From the human T2T-CHM13v2.0 reference genome, Homo sapiens, in NCBI RefSeq assembly GCF_009914755.1, contig NC_060947.1: DNA of 64,000 nucleotides; one strand, 5' to 3'. Below the pieces are notes generated by a model, which saw only the letters and a program-made list of their open reading frames with translations, searched no databases and had not been told where the DNA came from. Positions 13,980-32,200 of the stretch are shown one piece after another. The translations under genes and the position numbers were made by a program. Position 1 is the stretch's first letter. Each line of letters begins with the position of its first letter.

Positions 13980-14800
13980 GAGCTAAAGAGAGGGGGGTAG
14001 CTAGAGAGAGGTGGGGTAGCTACAGAGAGGTGGGGTAGCTAGAGAGTGGGGGTAGCTAGAGAGGGGGATAGCTAGAGAGAGGTGGGGTAGCTAGAGAGAG
14101 TGGGGGGAGCTAGAGACAGTGGGGGTAGCTAGAGGGGGTGTAGCTAGAGACAGTGGGGGTAGCTAGAGAGGGGGATAGCTAGAGAGAGTGGGGATAGCTA
14201 GAGAGGGGGGGGTAGCTAGAGAGAGGTGGGGTAGCTAGAGAGGGGGATAGCTAGAGAGAGGTGGGGTAGCTAGAGAGGGGGATAGCTAGAGAGAGGTGGG
14301 GTAGCTAGAGAGGGGGATAGCTAGAGAGAGGTGGGGTAGCTAGAGAGGGGGATAGCTAGAGAGAGGTGGGGTAGCTAGAGAGAGTGGGGGTAGCTGGGGG
14401 GGGTAGCTAGAGAGAGGTGGGGGTAGCTAGAGAGAGGTGGGGTAGCTAGAGAGGGGGATAGCTAGAGAGAGGTGGGGTAGCTAGAGAGAGTGGGGGTAGC
14501 TGGGGGGGGTAGCTAGAGAGAGGTGGGGGTAGCTAGAGAGAGGTGGGGTAGCTAGAGAGGGGGATAGCTAGAGAGAGGTGGGGTAGCTAGAGAGGGGGAT
14601 AGCTAGAGAGAGGTGGGGAGTAGTTAGAGAGGGGGATAGCTAGAGAGAGGCGGGGGTAGCTAGAGACAGTGGGGGGAGCTAGAGACAGTGGGGGTAGCTA
14701 GAGGGGGGGATAGCTAGAGAGAGGTGGGGTAGCTAGAGACAGTGGGGGGAGCTAGAGACAGTGGGGGTAGCTGGGGGGGGTAGCTAGAGAGAGTGGGGGT
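13980..14800. repeat. Purine-rich ~17-20-bp minisatellite (GGGG(G/A)TAGCTAGAGAGA(G)GT)
   Basis: About 45 copies of a TAGCTAG core flanked by G4-G8 tracts and (GA)n. Confidence 0.93.
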
Positions 14801-14806
14801 TGCATC

Positions 14807-15237
14807 TGACAGTGAGTGTTTGTGGAAGAGAGAGCAACTCCATCTGGAATGCTGATCCACCTGTTCACTTCTGACCAACCGCTGCTCTGGGAAGGTCTCT
14901 AAGATGATTTTGCTACTTTCTCCAATGTGACCTCAATAGCCTGGACCATAAACCCTGCCCTGGGGCAGGTGCACGTGGCTGTCCCTGAGGCACCTTCCCT
15001 GACCGTGAGGGCCCCCCTCCCTCCCACCAACGTTTTCCTGCATATTCCTCCCTGGGGTGAAGCCCTGGGTCTGCAGGGACGACCGGGATCCACTCTCCTC
15101 GCAGACACGGCTTCTGTTCTTACATCTCTGCTAAGTATTTCTTTCGGAGAATCTGGATTAGTCAGCTTCTTCCTTCAGCTCTCAGCTTCCTCGACCTCCG
15201 GGGTGTGGTTTGCACAGACCCGGCCCCTGCGGAAACA
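14807..15237 (+). mobile_element. ERV1 (MER4-group) LTR, family uncertain
   Basis: AGAGCAACTCCATCT..ATGCTGATCC start motif, TG...CA ends, ~430 bp. Confidence 0.5.
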
Positions 15238-15280
15238 GGTGCTAAATGCTAGTGAATGGACCCATTAGAATAGTTAATTC

Positions 15281-16088
<808 letters not shown>

Positions 16089-16540
16089 ATAGGGTCTCAA
16101 ACCACACCTCATGAAGCCCAGGGATGGGCTTTTGGGGTGGGCCCCACCGTGAGGTATGTGGGTTTCAAAGCAGTTCTCTGGGGGCACAGAGCACCTTGGG
16201 AATCAGCAGGGAAAATGGATCTGGGCAGGCTCCGGCCCTGACATGGACCTGGGGTTCCGGGGACCCCTCTTCTGGGCCAGCCAGGCCCCCTTGCGCCTGT
16301 GCCCCTCTGGCGACGTACCCCGGCCTTTGCAAGCTGTGTGCGCTCTTCCCACCACCTCCAGGCGGTGCACGGCGTCTGCCTGGGACGAGGACTCCAGAGG
16401 CTTCTGTGGAATCTGCCGCTGCCTTCCAAGGCCGGCACCTCCTGCCCCTGCTGTCCTTTGACCTTGGGGTTCCCGTCCGAGCCACGGCTGTGACCTCGCG
16501 CCCCCAGGAGCTGGCTTTTCTTTATCCTCCTTGGTCTTCC

Positions 16541-17594
16541 TGTCACCGCCCAAGGGGCTCACCTCGCCGGCTGCGTGGACAGAGTGATTTATCACTACCA
16601 CAAAGCTGCAATCCCAGCCGGCTGCGTGGGAGGCCGGAGTTTCCTTATTCCTCAAATCCGTCTCCCCAGAGACCCTGGGACTGGAGTTTTTCAGGATAAT
16701 TTGCTGGGTAGGAGGTCAGAAAGTGGGGAGTGCTGATTGGTTGGGTCAGAGATGGAATCACAGGGAGTCGAAGCTGTCGTCTGGCGCTGAGTCAGTTCCT
16801 GGGTGGGGGCCGCAGACCAGATTAGCCGGTTGATCATCTGGGTGGTGCCAGCTGATCCGTCCAGTGAAGGGTCTGTGACATATCTCAGCACTGATTGTAG
16901 GTTTCACAAAAGCGATGTGAGCAGGAGCAATTTGAGGAGGGTCAGAAACTTGCAGCCTCCAGAGGCCAGAGTCCTAAACCATCATTTCTAATCCAGGGGA
17001 TAATCTCTTAGTCCTGTAAACACGGCCTAGTCCCCAGGCAAGAAGGAGGTTTGCACTGGGAAAGGGCTATTATCATCTTCGTGTCAAAGCTAAACTATAA
17101 ACTAAGTTCCTCCCAAAGATAGTGTGGGTGACACCCATGAGTGAAGAAGGACAGCTTGGAGACAGCTTGGAGACAGCTTGCAGACAGCGTGGAAGTTCGA
17201 AGCAAGACGGACTCAGTGAGGTTAGCTCTCCTTCACTGCCCTAATGTTCTCACTTACAATTTTATCAGGCCGGGCGCGGTGGCTCATGCCTGTAATCCCA
17301 CCACTCTGGGAGGCTGAGGTGGGAGGATCACAGCGTCAGGGGTTTGAGACCAGCCTGGCCAATGTGGTAAAACCCCGTCTCTAATAAAAATACGAAAACT
17401 AGCCGAGTATGGTGGTGGGTGCCTGTGGTCCCAGCTACCCAGGAGCTTGAGACAGGTGAATGGCTCGAACATGGGAGGCGAAGGTTGCAGTGAGCCGAGA
17501 TCGCGCCACTGCCCTGCAGCCTGGGTGACAGAGCGAGACTCTGTCTTAAAAAAAAAAAAAAGAAAGAAAAATTGTTTTTGCAAAAATGGTTTCA
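16541..17594 (-). mobile_element. LTR8 (ERV1) solo LTR interrupted by an Alu (17268-17570, +)
   Basis: The minus strand starts TGAAACCATTTTTGCAAAAA. The plus-strand left end TGTCACCGCCCAAGGGGCTCACCTCGCC and internal GCTGAGTCAGTTCCTGGGTGGGGGCC match recalled LTR8. Confidence 0.8.
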
Positions 17595-17875
17595 ATCTCA
17601 GGGAGTAGAGCCCTTTCCTGTGGGACCCGCCTTGCCCAGCTCCCTAGCTCCCTCCCTGCCCGGCCACCCTGCAGGATGCCAGGGTTGGGGGTCTCTGGGG
17701 GTTACCAAGGAGGCCCACCTGTTCCTGGGGGCTGCCTAGAGAGCCCCCACCCACGGGGAGCTGAGGGCCTCAGAGGAGGAGCAGAGACTCCAGTTCCTGC
17801 TAGGGTCAGTTGAGGTTATCTGTAGTTAATTTTTATCTAAAAAGTGATGCAAGCTTATTTTTAAAATGCAAACAG

Positions 17876-19802
<1,927 letters not shown>

Positions 19803-19810
<8 letters not shown>

Positions 19811-19973
19811 AGAAAGAAAGAAAGAAGAAAGAAAGAAAAAGAAAGAGAGAGAGAGAAAGAAAAGAAAGAAAGAAAAGAAAGAAAGAAAGAAAGAAGAAAG
19901 AAAGAAAGGAAAGAAAGAAAAGAAAGAAAGAAAGAAAAAGAAAGAAAGAAAGATAGAAAGAAAGAAAGAAAAG
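19803..19973. repeat. (GAAA)n microsatellite derived from an Alu tail
   Basis: Read directly. It generates the spurious K/E/R-rich and F/L/S-rich ORFs. Confidence 0.95.
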
Positions 19974-19989
19974 GACAGGACACACAGAA

Positions 19990-20200
19990 AGCAGAGAAAC
20001 AGCTGCATTGGGTGTGGGTTGGCGTTTACCTTGTTTGAACCCGGTTGGAACATTTGGCTGCCTTTGGCTGAGATTCAGTGATTGCCACAAGAGTAGGTTC
20101 TGGTCTGTTGACACCTCCTGTTACGTCACAGTTCACTATGTACAGAGAAATCTTTAGGCCGAACTTAAAATATGTTGGGAGGCAACTTCAGGAACCATCA
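19990..20200 (-). mobile_element. MER57-like ERV1 LTR fragment
   Basis: ACAGTTCACTATGTACAGAGAAATCTTTAGGCCGAACTTAAAATATG..GGAGGCAACTT matches the reverse complement of the recalled MER57 5' end. Confidence 0.7.
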
Positions 20201-20234
20201 ATATTGTAGACAGAAGTTTCTCTTTTCACCTTTT

Positions 20235-22880
<2,646 letters not shown>

Positions 22881-23239
22881 GCGACGGTTTTAAACAAGGC
22901 AGCTCGGAACAGAGCAGCTTCGGGAATCGCACCTGCAGAATGAGATCACGTAGCCTCCGGTCTCGGCTCACGCAGGTGTGCTCTGAGCCCGTCACGGCCC
23001 GGCCTGAGGCCCCGTGAGCCGTGCGGCTGCCCCATGCTGTTGAAACCCGGGTCCGGGGCTCCCAGCTTTGTGCCTCTGTTCCCGGCGACGCCCGCACGGT
23101 GCCACCTCTCAGAGACCCTCCCTGCTGGCTCTCAACCACCCGTGACAACTGCGAGCCGGAAACAGGGTGGGATAATACCTTGGACCCAATAAAGGTGCTG
23201 GCCCAGGGTCCCTCTCTGCTGCATTCCTCACCACCCAGT

Positions 23240-26200
23240 GTGGGTGGGGCCTGCAGGGCCCGGGACCCATAAATAATCAAATCCTTACCTCCGCCTGGGT
23301 GGGACCTGCAGGACCCGGGACCCATAAATAATCAAATCCTTACCTCCGCCTGGGTGGGGCCTGCAGCACCCGGGACCCATAAATAATCAAATCCTTACCT
23401 CCGCCTGGGTGGGGCCTGCAGGGCCCGGGACCCATAAATAATCAAATCCTTACCTCCGCCTGGGCGGGGCCTGCAGGACCCGGGACCCATAAATAATCAA
23501 ATCCTTACCTCCGCCTGGGTGGGGCCTGCAGGACCCGGGACCCATAAATAATCAAATCCTTACCTCCGCCTGGGCGGGGCCTGCAGCACCCGGGACCCAT
23601 AAATAATCAAATCCTTACCTCCGCCTGGGTGGGGCCTGCAGCACCCGGGACCCATAAATAATCAAATCCTTACCTCCGCCTGGGCGGGGCCTGCAGGACC
23701 CGGGACCCATAAATAATCAAATCCTTACCTCCGCCTGGGCGGGGCCTGCAGGACCCGGGACCCATAAATAATCAAATCCTTACCTCCGCCTGGGCGGGGC
23801 CTGCAGGACCCGGGACCCATAAATAATCAAATCCTTACCTCCGCCTGGGTGGGGCCTGCAGCACCCGGGACCCATAAATAATCAAATCCTTACCTCCGCC
23901 TGGGTGGGGCCTGCAGGACCCGGGACCCATAAATAATCAAATCCTTACCTCCGCCTGGGTGGGGCCTGCAGGACCCGGGACCCATAAATAATCAAATCCT
24001 TACCTCCGCCTGGGCGGGGCCTGCAGCACCCGGGACCCATAAATAATCAAATCCTTACCTCCGCCTGGGTGGGGCCTGCAGCACCCGGGACCCATAAATA
24101 ATCAAATCCTTACCTCCGCCTGGGCGGGGCCTGCAGGACCCGGGACCCATAAATAATCAAATCCTTACCTCCGCCTGGGCGGGGCCTGCAGCACCCGGGA
24201 CCCATAAATAATCAAATCCTTACCTCCGCCTGGGTGTGGCCTGCAGCACCCGGGACCCATAAATAATCAAATCCTTACCTCCGCCTGGGCGGGGCCTGCA
24301 GGACCCGGGACCCATAAATAATCAAATCCTTACCTCCGCCTGGGTGGGGCCTGCAGGACCCGGGACCCATAAATAATCAAATCCTTACCTCCGCCTGGGT
24401 GGGGCCTGCAGGACCCGGGACCCATAAATAATCAAATCCTTACCTCCGCCTGGGCGGGGCCTGCAGCACCCGGGACCCATAAATAATCAAATCCTTACCT
24501 CCGCCTGGGCGGGGCCTGCAGCACCCGGGACCCATAAATAATCAAATCCTTACCTCCGCCTGGGTGTGGCCTGCAGCACCCGGGACCCATAAATAATCAA
24601 ATCCTTACCTCCGCCTGGGCGGGGCCTGCAGGACCCGGGACCCATAAATAATCAAATCCTTACCTCCGCCTGGGCGGGGCCTGCAGGACCCGGGACCCAT
24701 AAATAATCAAATCCTTACCTCCGCCTGGGCGGGGCCTGCAGCACCCGGGACCCATAAATAATCAAACCCTTACCTCCGCCTGGGCGGGGCCTGCAGGACC
24801 CGGGACCCATAAATAATCAAATCCTTACCTCCGCCTGGGTGGGGACTGCAGGACCCGGGACCCATAAATAATCAAATCCTTACCTCCGCCTGGGCGGGGC
24901 CTGCAGCACCCGGGACCCATAAATAATCAAATCCTTACCTCCGCCTGGGTGGGGACTGCAGCACCCGGGACCCATAAATAATCAAATCCTTACCTCCGCC
25001 TGGGCGGGGCCTGCAGGACCCGGGACCCATAAATAATCAAATCCTTACCTCCGCCTGGGCGGGGCCTGCAGCGCCCGGGACCCATAAATAATCAAATCCT
25101 TACCTCCGCCTGGGTGGGGCCTGCAGCACCCGGGACCCATAAATAATCAAATCCTTACCTCCGCCTGGGTGGGGCCTGCAGGACCCGGGACCCATAAATA
25201 ATCAAATCCTTACCTCCGCCTGGGCGGGGCCTGCAGCACCCGGGACCCATAAATAATCAAATCCTTACCTCCGCCTGGGCGGGGCCTGCAGGACCCGGGA
25301 CCCATAAATAATCAAATCCTTACCTCCGCCTGGGCGGGACCTGCAGCACCCGGGACCCATAAATAATCAAATCCTTACCTCCGCCTGGGCGGGGCCTGCA
25401 GCACCCGGGACCCATAAATAATCAAACCCTTACCTCCGCCTGGGTGGGGCCTGCAGCACCCGGGACCCATAAATAATCAAATCCTTACCTCCGCCTGGGC
25501 GGGGCCTGCAGGACCCGGGACCCATAAATAATCAAATCCTTACCTCCGCCTGGGTGGGGCCTGCAGCACCCGGGACCCATAAATAATCAAATCCTTACCT
25601 CCGCCTGGGTGGGGCCTGCAGCGCCCGGGACCCATAAATAATCAAATCCTTACCTCCGCCTGGGCGGGGCCTGCAGGACCCGGGACCCATAAATAATCAA
25701 ATCCTTACCTCCGCCTGGGTGGGGCCTGCAGCGCCCGGGACCCGTAAATAATCAAATCCTTACCTCCGCCTGGGTGGGGCCTGCAGCACCCGGGACCCAT
25801 AAATAATCAAATCCTTACCTCCGCCTGGGTGGGGCCTGCAGGACCCGGGACCCATAAATAATCAAATCCTTACCTCCGCCTGGGCGGGGCCTGCAGCGCC
25901 CGGGACCCATAAATAATCAAATCCTTACCTCCGCCTGGGTGGGGCCTGCAGCACCCGGGACCCATAAATAATCAAATCCTTACCTCCGCCTGGGTGGGGC
26001 CTGCAGCGCCCGGGACCCATAAATAATCAAATCCTTACCTCCGCCTGGGCGGGGCCTGCAGGACCCGGGACCCATAAATAATCAAATCCTTACCTCCGCC
26101 TGGGTGGGGACTGCAGCACCCGGGACCCATAAATAATCAAATCCTTACCTCCGCCTGGGCGGGGCCTGCAGGACCCGGGACCCATAAATAATCAAATCCT

Positions 26201-29200
26201 TACCTCCGCCTGGGCGGGGCCTGCAGCACCCGGGACCCATAAATAATCAAATCCTTACCTCCGCCTGGGTGGGGCCTGCAGCACCCGGGACCCATAAATA
26301 ATCAAATCCTTACCTCCGCCTGGGTGGGGCCTGCAGCACCCGGGATCCATAAATAATCAAATCCTTACCTCCGCCTGGGCGGGGCCTGCAGCGCCCGGGA
26401 CCCATAAATAATCAAATCCTTACCTCCGCCTGGGTGGGGCCTGCAGGACCCGGGACCCATAAATAATCAAATCCTTACCTCCGCCTGGGTGGGGCCTGCA
26501 GCACCCGGGACCCATAAATAATCAAATCCTTACCTCCGCCTGGGTGGGGCCTGCAGCACCCGGGACCCATAAATAATCAAATCCTTACCTCCGCCTGGGT
26601 GGGGCCTGCAGGACCCGGGACCCATAAATAATCAAATCCTTACCTCCGCCTGGGTGGGGCCTGCAGGACCCGGGACCCATAAATAATCAAATCCTTACCT
26701 CCGCCTGGGTGGGGCCTGCAGCACCCGGGACCCATAAATAATCAAATCCTTACCTCCGCCTGGGCGGGGCCTGCAGGACCCGGGACCCATAAATAATCAA
26801 ATCCTTACCTCCGCCTGGGTGGGGCCTGCAGCACCCGGGACCCATAAATAATCAAATCCTTACCTCCGCCTGGGTGGGGCCTGCAGCACCCGGGACCCAT
26901 AAATAATCAAATCCTTACCTCCGCCTGGGCGGGGCCTGCAGGACCCGGGACCCATAAATAATCAAATCCTTACCTCCGCCTGGGTGGGGACTGCAGCACC
27001 CGGGACCCATAAATAATCAAATCCTTACCTCCGCCTGGGTGGGGCCTGCAGGACCCGGGACCCATAAATAATCAAATCCTTACCTCCGCCTGGGCGGGGC
27101 CTGCAGCACCCGGGACCCATAAATAATCAAATCCTTACCTCCGCCTGGGCGGGGCCTGCAGGACCCGGGACCCATAAATAATCAAATCCTTACCTCCGCC
27201 TGGGTGGGGCCTGCAGCACCCGGGACCCATAAATAATCAAATCCTTACCTCCGCCTGGGTGGGGCCTGCAGCACCCGGGACCCATAAATAATCAAATCCT
27301 TACCTCCGCCTGGGCGGGGCCTGCAGGACCCGGGACCCATAAATAATCAAATCCTTACCTCCGCCTGGGTGGGGACTGCAGCACCCGGGACCCATAAATA
27401 ATCAAATCCTTACCTCCGCCTGGGCGGGGCCTGCAGCGCCCGGGACCCATAAATAATCAAATCCTTACCTCCGCCTGGGTGGGGCCTGCAGGACCTGGGA
27501 CCCATAAATAATCAAATCCTTACCTCCGCCTGGGTGGGGCCTGCAGCACCCGGGACCCATAAATAATCAAATCCTTACCTCCGCCTGGGTGGGGCCTGCA
27601 GGACCCGGGACCCATAAATAATCAAATCCTTACCTCCGCCTGGGCGGGGCCTGCAGCACCCGGGACCCATAAATAATCAAATCCTTACCTCCGCCTGGGT
27701 GGGGCCTGCAGCACCCGGGACCCATAAATAATCAAATCCTTACCTCCGCCTGGGCGGGGCCTGCAGCACCCGGGACCCATAAATAATCAAATCCTTACCT
27801 CCGCCTGGGTGGGGCCTGCAGCACCCGGGACCCATAAATAATCAAATCCTTACCTCCGCCTGGGTGGGGCCTGCAGCACCCGGGACCCATAAATAATCAA
27901 ATCCTTACCTCCGCCTGGGTGGGGCCTGCAGCACCCGGGACCCATAAATAATCAAATCCTTACCTCCGCCTGGGCGGGGCCTGCAGGACCCGGGACCCAT
28001 AAATAATCAAATCCTTACCTCCGCCTGGGCGGGGCCTGCAGCACCCGGGACCCATAAATAATCAAATCCTTACCTCCGCCTGGGCGGGGCCTGCAGCACC
28101 CGGGACCCATAAATAATCAAATCCTTACCTCCGCCTGGGCGGGGCCTGCAGGACCCGGGACCCATAAATAATCAAATCCTTACCTCCGCCTGGGCGGGGC
28201 CTGCAGGGCCCGGGACCCATAAATAATCAAATCCTTACCTCCGCCTGGGCGGGGCCTGCAGCGCCCGGGACCCATAAATAATCAAATCCTTACCTCCGCC
28301 TGGGTGGGGCCTGCAGGGCCCGGGACCCATAAATAATCAAATCCTTACCTCCGCCTGGGTGGGGCCTGCAGCACCCGGGACCCATAAATAATCAAATCCT
28401 TACCTCCGCCTGGGTGGGGCCTGCAGGACCCGGGACCCATAAATAATCAAATCCTTACCTCCGCCTGGGCGGGGCCTGCAGCGCCCGGGACCCATAAATA
28501 ATCAAATCCTTACCTCCGCCTGGGCGGGGCCTGCAGGGCCCGGGACCCATAAATAATCAAATCCTTACCTCCGCCTGGGCGGGGCCTGCAGGACCCGGGA
28601 CCCATAAATAATCAAATCCTTACCTCCGCCTGGGCGGGGCCTGCAGCACCCGGGACCCATAAATAATCAAATCCTTACCTCCGCCTGGGCGGGGCCTGCA
28701 GCACCCGGGACCCATAAATAATCAAATCCTTACCTCCGCCTGGGCGGGGCCTGCAGCACCCGGGACCCATAAATAATCAAATCCTTACCTCCGCCTGGGT
28801 GGGGCCTGCAGCACCCGGGACCCATAAATAATCAAATCCTTACCTCCGCCTGGGTGGGGACTGCAGCACCCGGGATCCATAAATAATCAAATCCTTACCT
28901 CCGCCTGGGTGGGGCCTGCAGCACCCGGGACCCATAAATAATCAAATCCTTACCTCCGCCTGGGTGGGGCCTGCAGCACCCGGGACCCATAAATAATCAA
29001 ATCCTTACCTCCGCCTGGGTGGGGCCTGCAGGACCCGGGACCCATAAATAATCAAATCCTTACCTCCGCCTGGGTGGGGCCGGCAGCACCCGGGACCCAT
29101 AAATAATCAAATCCTTACCTCCGCCTGGGTGGGGCCTGCAGCACCCGGGACCCATAAATAATCAAATCCTTACCTCCGCCTGGGCGGGGCCTGCAGGACC

Positions 29201-32200
29201 CGGGACCCATAAATAATCAAATCCTTACCTCCGCCTGGGCGGGGCCTGCAGGACCCGGGACCCATAAATAATCAAATCCTTACCTCCGCCTGGGTGGGGC
29301 CTGCAGGACCCGGGACCCATAAATAATCAAATCCTTACCTCCGCCTGGGTGGGGCCTGCAGGACCCGGGACCCATAAATAATCAAATCCTTACCTCCGCC
29401 TGGGCGGGGCCTGCAGCACCCGGGACCCATAAATAATCAAATCCTTACCTCCGCCTGGGCGGGGCCTGCAGGACCCGGGACCCATAAATAATCAAATCCT
29501 TACCTCCGCCTGGGCGGGGCCTGCAGCGCCCGGGACCCATAAATAATCAAATCCTTACCTCCGCCTGGGCGGGGCCTGCAGCACCCGGGACCCATAAATA
29601 ATCAAATCCTTACCTCCGCCTGGGCGGGGCCTGCAGGACCCGGGACCCATAAATAATCAAATCCTTACCTCCGCCTGGGTGGGGCCTGCAGCGCCCGGGA
29701 CCCATAAATAATCAAATCCTTACCTCCGCCTGGGCGGGGCCTGCAGCGCCCGGGACCCATAAATAATCAAATCCTTACCTCCGCCTGGGTGGGGCCTGCA
29801 GCACCCGGGACCCATAAATAATCAAATCCTTACCTCCGCCTGGGCGGGGCCTGCAGCGCCCGGGACCCATAAATAATCAAATCCTTACCTCCGCCTGGGC
29901 GGGGCCTGCAGGACCCGGGACCCATAAATAATCAAATCCTTACCTCCGCCTGGGTGGGGCCTGCAGCGCCCGGGACCCATAAATAATCAAATCCTTACCT
30001 CCGCCTGGGCGGGGCCTGCAGCGCCCGGGACCCATAAATAATCAAATCCTTACCTCCGCCTGGGTGGGGCCTGCAGCACCCGGGACCCATAAATAATCAA
30101 ATCCTTACCTCCGCCTGGGCGGGGCCTGCAGCGCCCGGGACCCATAAATAATCAAATCCTTACCTCCGCCTGGGCGGGGCCTGCAGCACCCGGGACCCAT
30201 AAATAATCAAATCCTTACCTCCGCCTGGGCGGGGCCTGCAGGACCCGGGACCCATAAATAATCAAATCCTTACCTCCGCCTGGGCGGGGCCTGCAGCGCC
30301 CGGGACCCATAAATAATCAAATCCTTACCTCCGCCTGGGCGGGGCCTGCAGCGCCCGGGACCCATAAATAATCAAATCCTTACCTCCGCCTGGGTGGGGC
30401 CTGCAGCACCCGGGACCCATAAATAATCAAATCCTTACCTCCGCCTGGGTGGGGCCTGCAGGACCCGGGACCCATAAATAATCAAATCCTTACCTCCGCC
30501 TGGGTGGGGCCGGCAGCACCCGGGACCCATAAATAATCAAATCCTTACCTCCGCCTGGGTGGGGCCTGCAGCACCCGGGACCCATAAATAATCAAATCCT
30601 TACCTCCGCCTGGGTGGGGCCTGCAGCACCCGGGACCCATAAATAATCAAATCCTTACCTCCGCCTGGGTGGGGCCTGCAGGACCCGGGACCCATAAATA
30701 ATCAAATCCTTACCTCCGCCTGGGTGGGGCCTGCAGCACCCGGGACCCATAAATAATCAAATCCTTACCTCCGCCTGGGCGGGGCCTGCAGCACCCGGGA
30801 CCCATAAATAATCAAATCCTTACCTCCGCCTGGGTGGGGCCGGCAGCACCCGGGACCCATAAATAATCAAATCCTTACCTCCGCCTGGGTGGGGCCTGCA
30901 GCACCCGGGACCCATAAATAATCAAATCCTTACCTCCGCCTGGGTGGGGCCTGCAGCACCCGGGACCCATAAATAATCAAATCCTTACCTCCGCCTGGGT
31001 GGGGCCTGCAGGACCCGGGACCCATAAATAATCAAATCCTTACCTCCGCCTGGGCGGGGCCTGCAGCACCCGGGACCCATAAATAATCAAATCCTTACCT
31101 CCGCCTGGGCGGGGCCTGCAGGACCCGGGACCCATAAATAATCAAATCCTTACCTCCGCCTGGGCGGGGCCTGCAGCACCCGGGACCCATAAATAATCAA
31201 ATCCTTACCTCCGCCTGGGCGGGGCCTGCAGCACCCGGGATCCATAAATAATCAAATCCTTACCTCCGCCTGGGCGGGGCCTGCAGGACCCGGGACCCAT
31301 AAATAATCAAATCCTTACCTCCGCCTGGGCGGGGCCTGCAGCACCCGGGACCCATAAATAATCAAATCCTTACCTCCGCCTGGGTGTGGCCTGCAGCACC
31401 CGGGACCCATAAATAATCAAATCCTTACCTCCGCCTGGGCGGGGCCTGCAGGACCCGGGACCCATAAATAATCAAATCCTTACCTCCGCCTGGGCGGGGC
31501 CTGCAGGACCCGGGACCCATAAATAATCAAATCCTTACCTCCGCCTGGGCGGGGCCTGCAGCACCCGGGACCCATAAATAATCAAATCCTTACCTCCGCC
31601 TGGGTGGGGCCTGCAGGACCCGGGACCCATAAATAATCAAATCCTTACCTCCGCCTGGGTGGGGCCTGCAGGACCCGGGACCCATAAATAATCAAATCCT
31701 TACCTCCGCCTGGGCGGGGCCTGCAGCACCCGGGACCCATAAATAATCAAATCCTTACCTCCGCCTGGGTGGGGCCTGCAGGACCCGGGACCCATAAATA
31801 ATCAAATCCTTACCTCCGCCTGGGTGGGGCCTGCAGGACCCGGGACCCATAAATAATCAAATCCTTACCTCCGCCTGGGCGGGGCCTGCAGCACCCGGGA
31901 CCCATAAATAATCAAATCCTTACCTCCGCCTGGGTGGGGCCTGCAGGACCCGGGACCCATAAATAATCAAATCCTTACCTCCGCCTGGGTGGGGCCTGCA
32001 GGACCCGGGACCCATAAATAATCAAATCCTTACCTCCGCCTGGGCGGGGCCTGCAGCACCCGGGACCCATAAATAATCAAATCCTTACCTCCGCCTGGGT
32101 GGGGCCTGCAGGACCCGGGACCCATAAATAATCAAATCCTTACCTCCGCCTGGGTGGGGCCTGCAGGACCCGGGACCCATAAATAATCAAATCCTTACCT

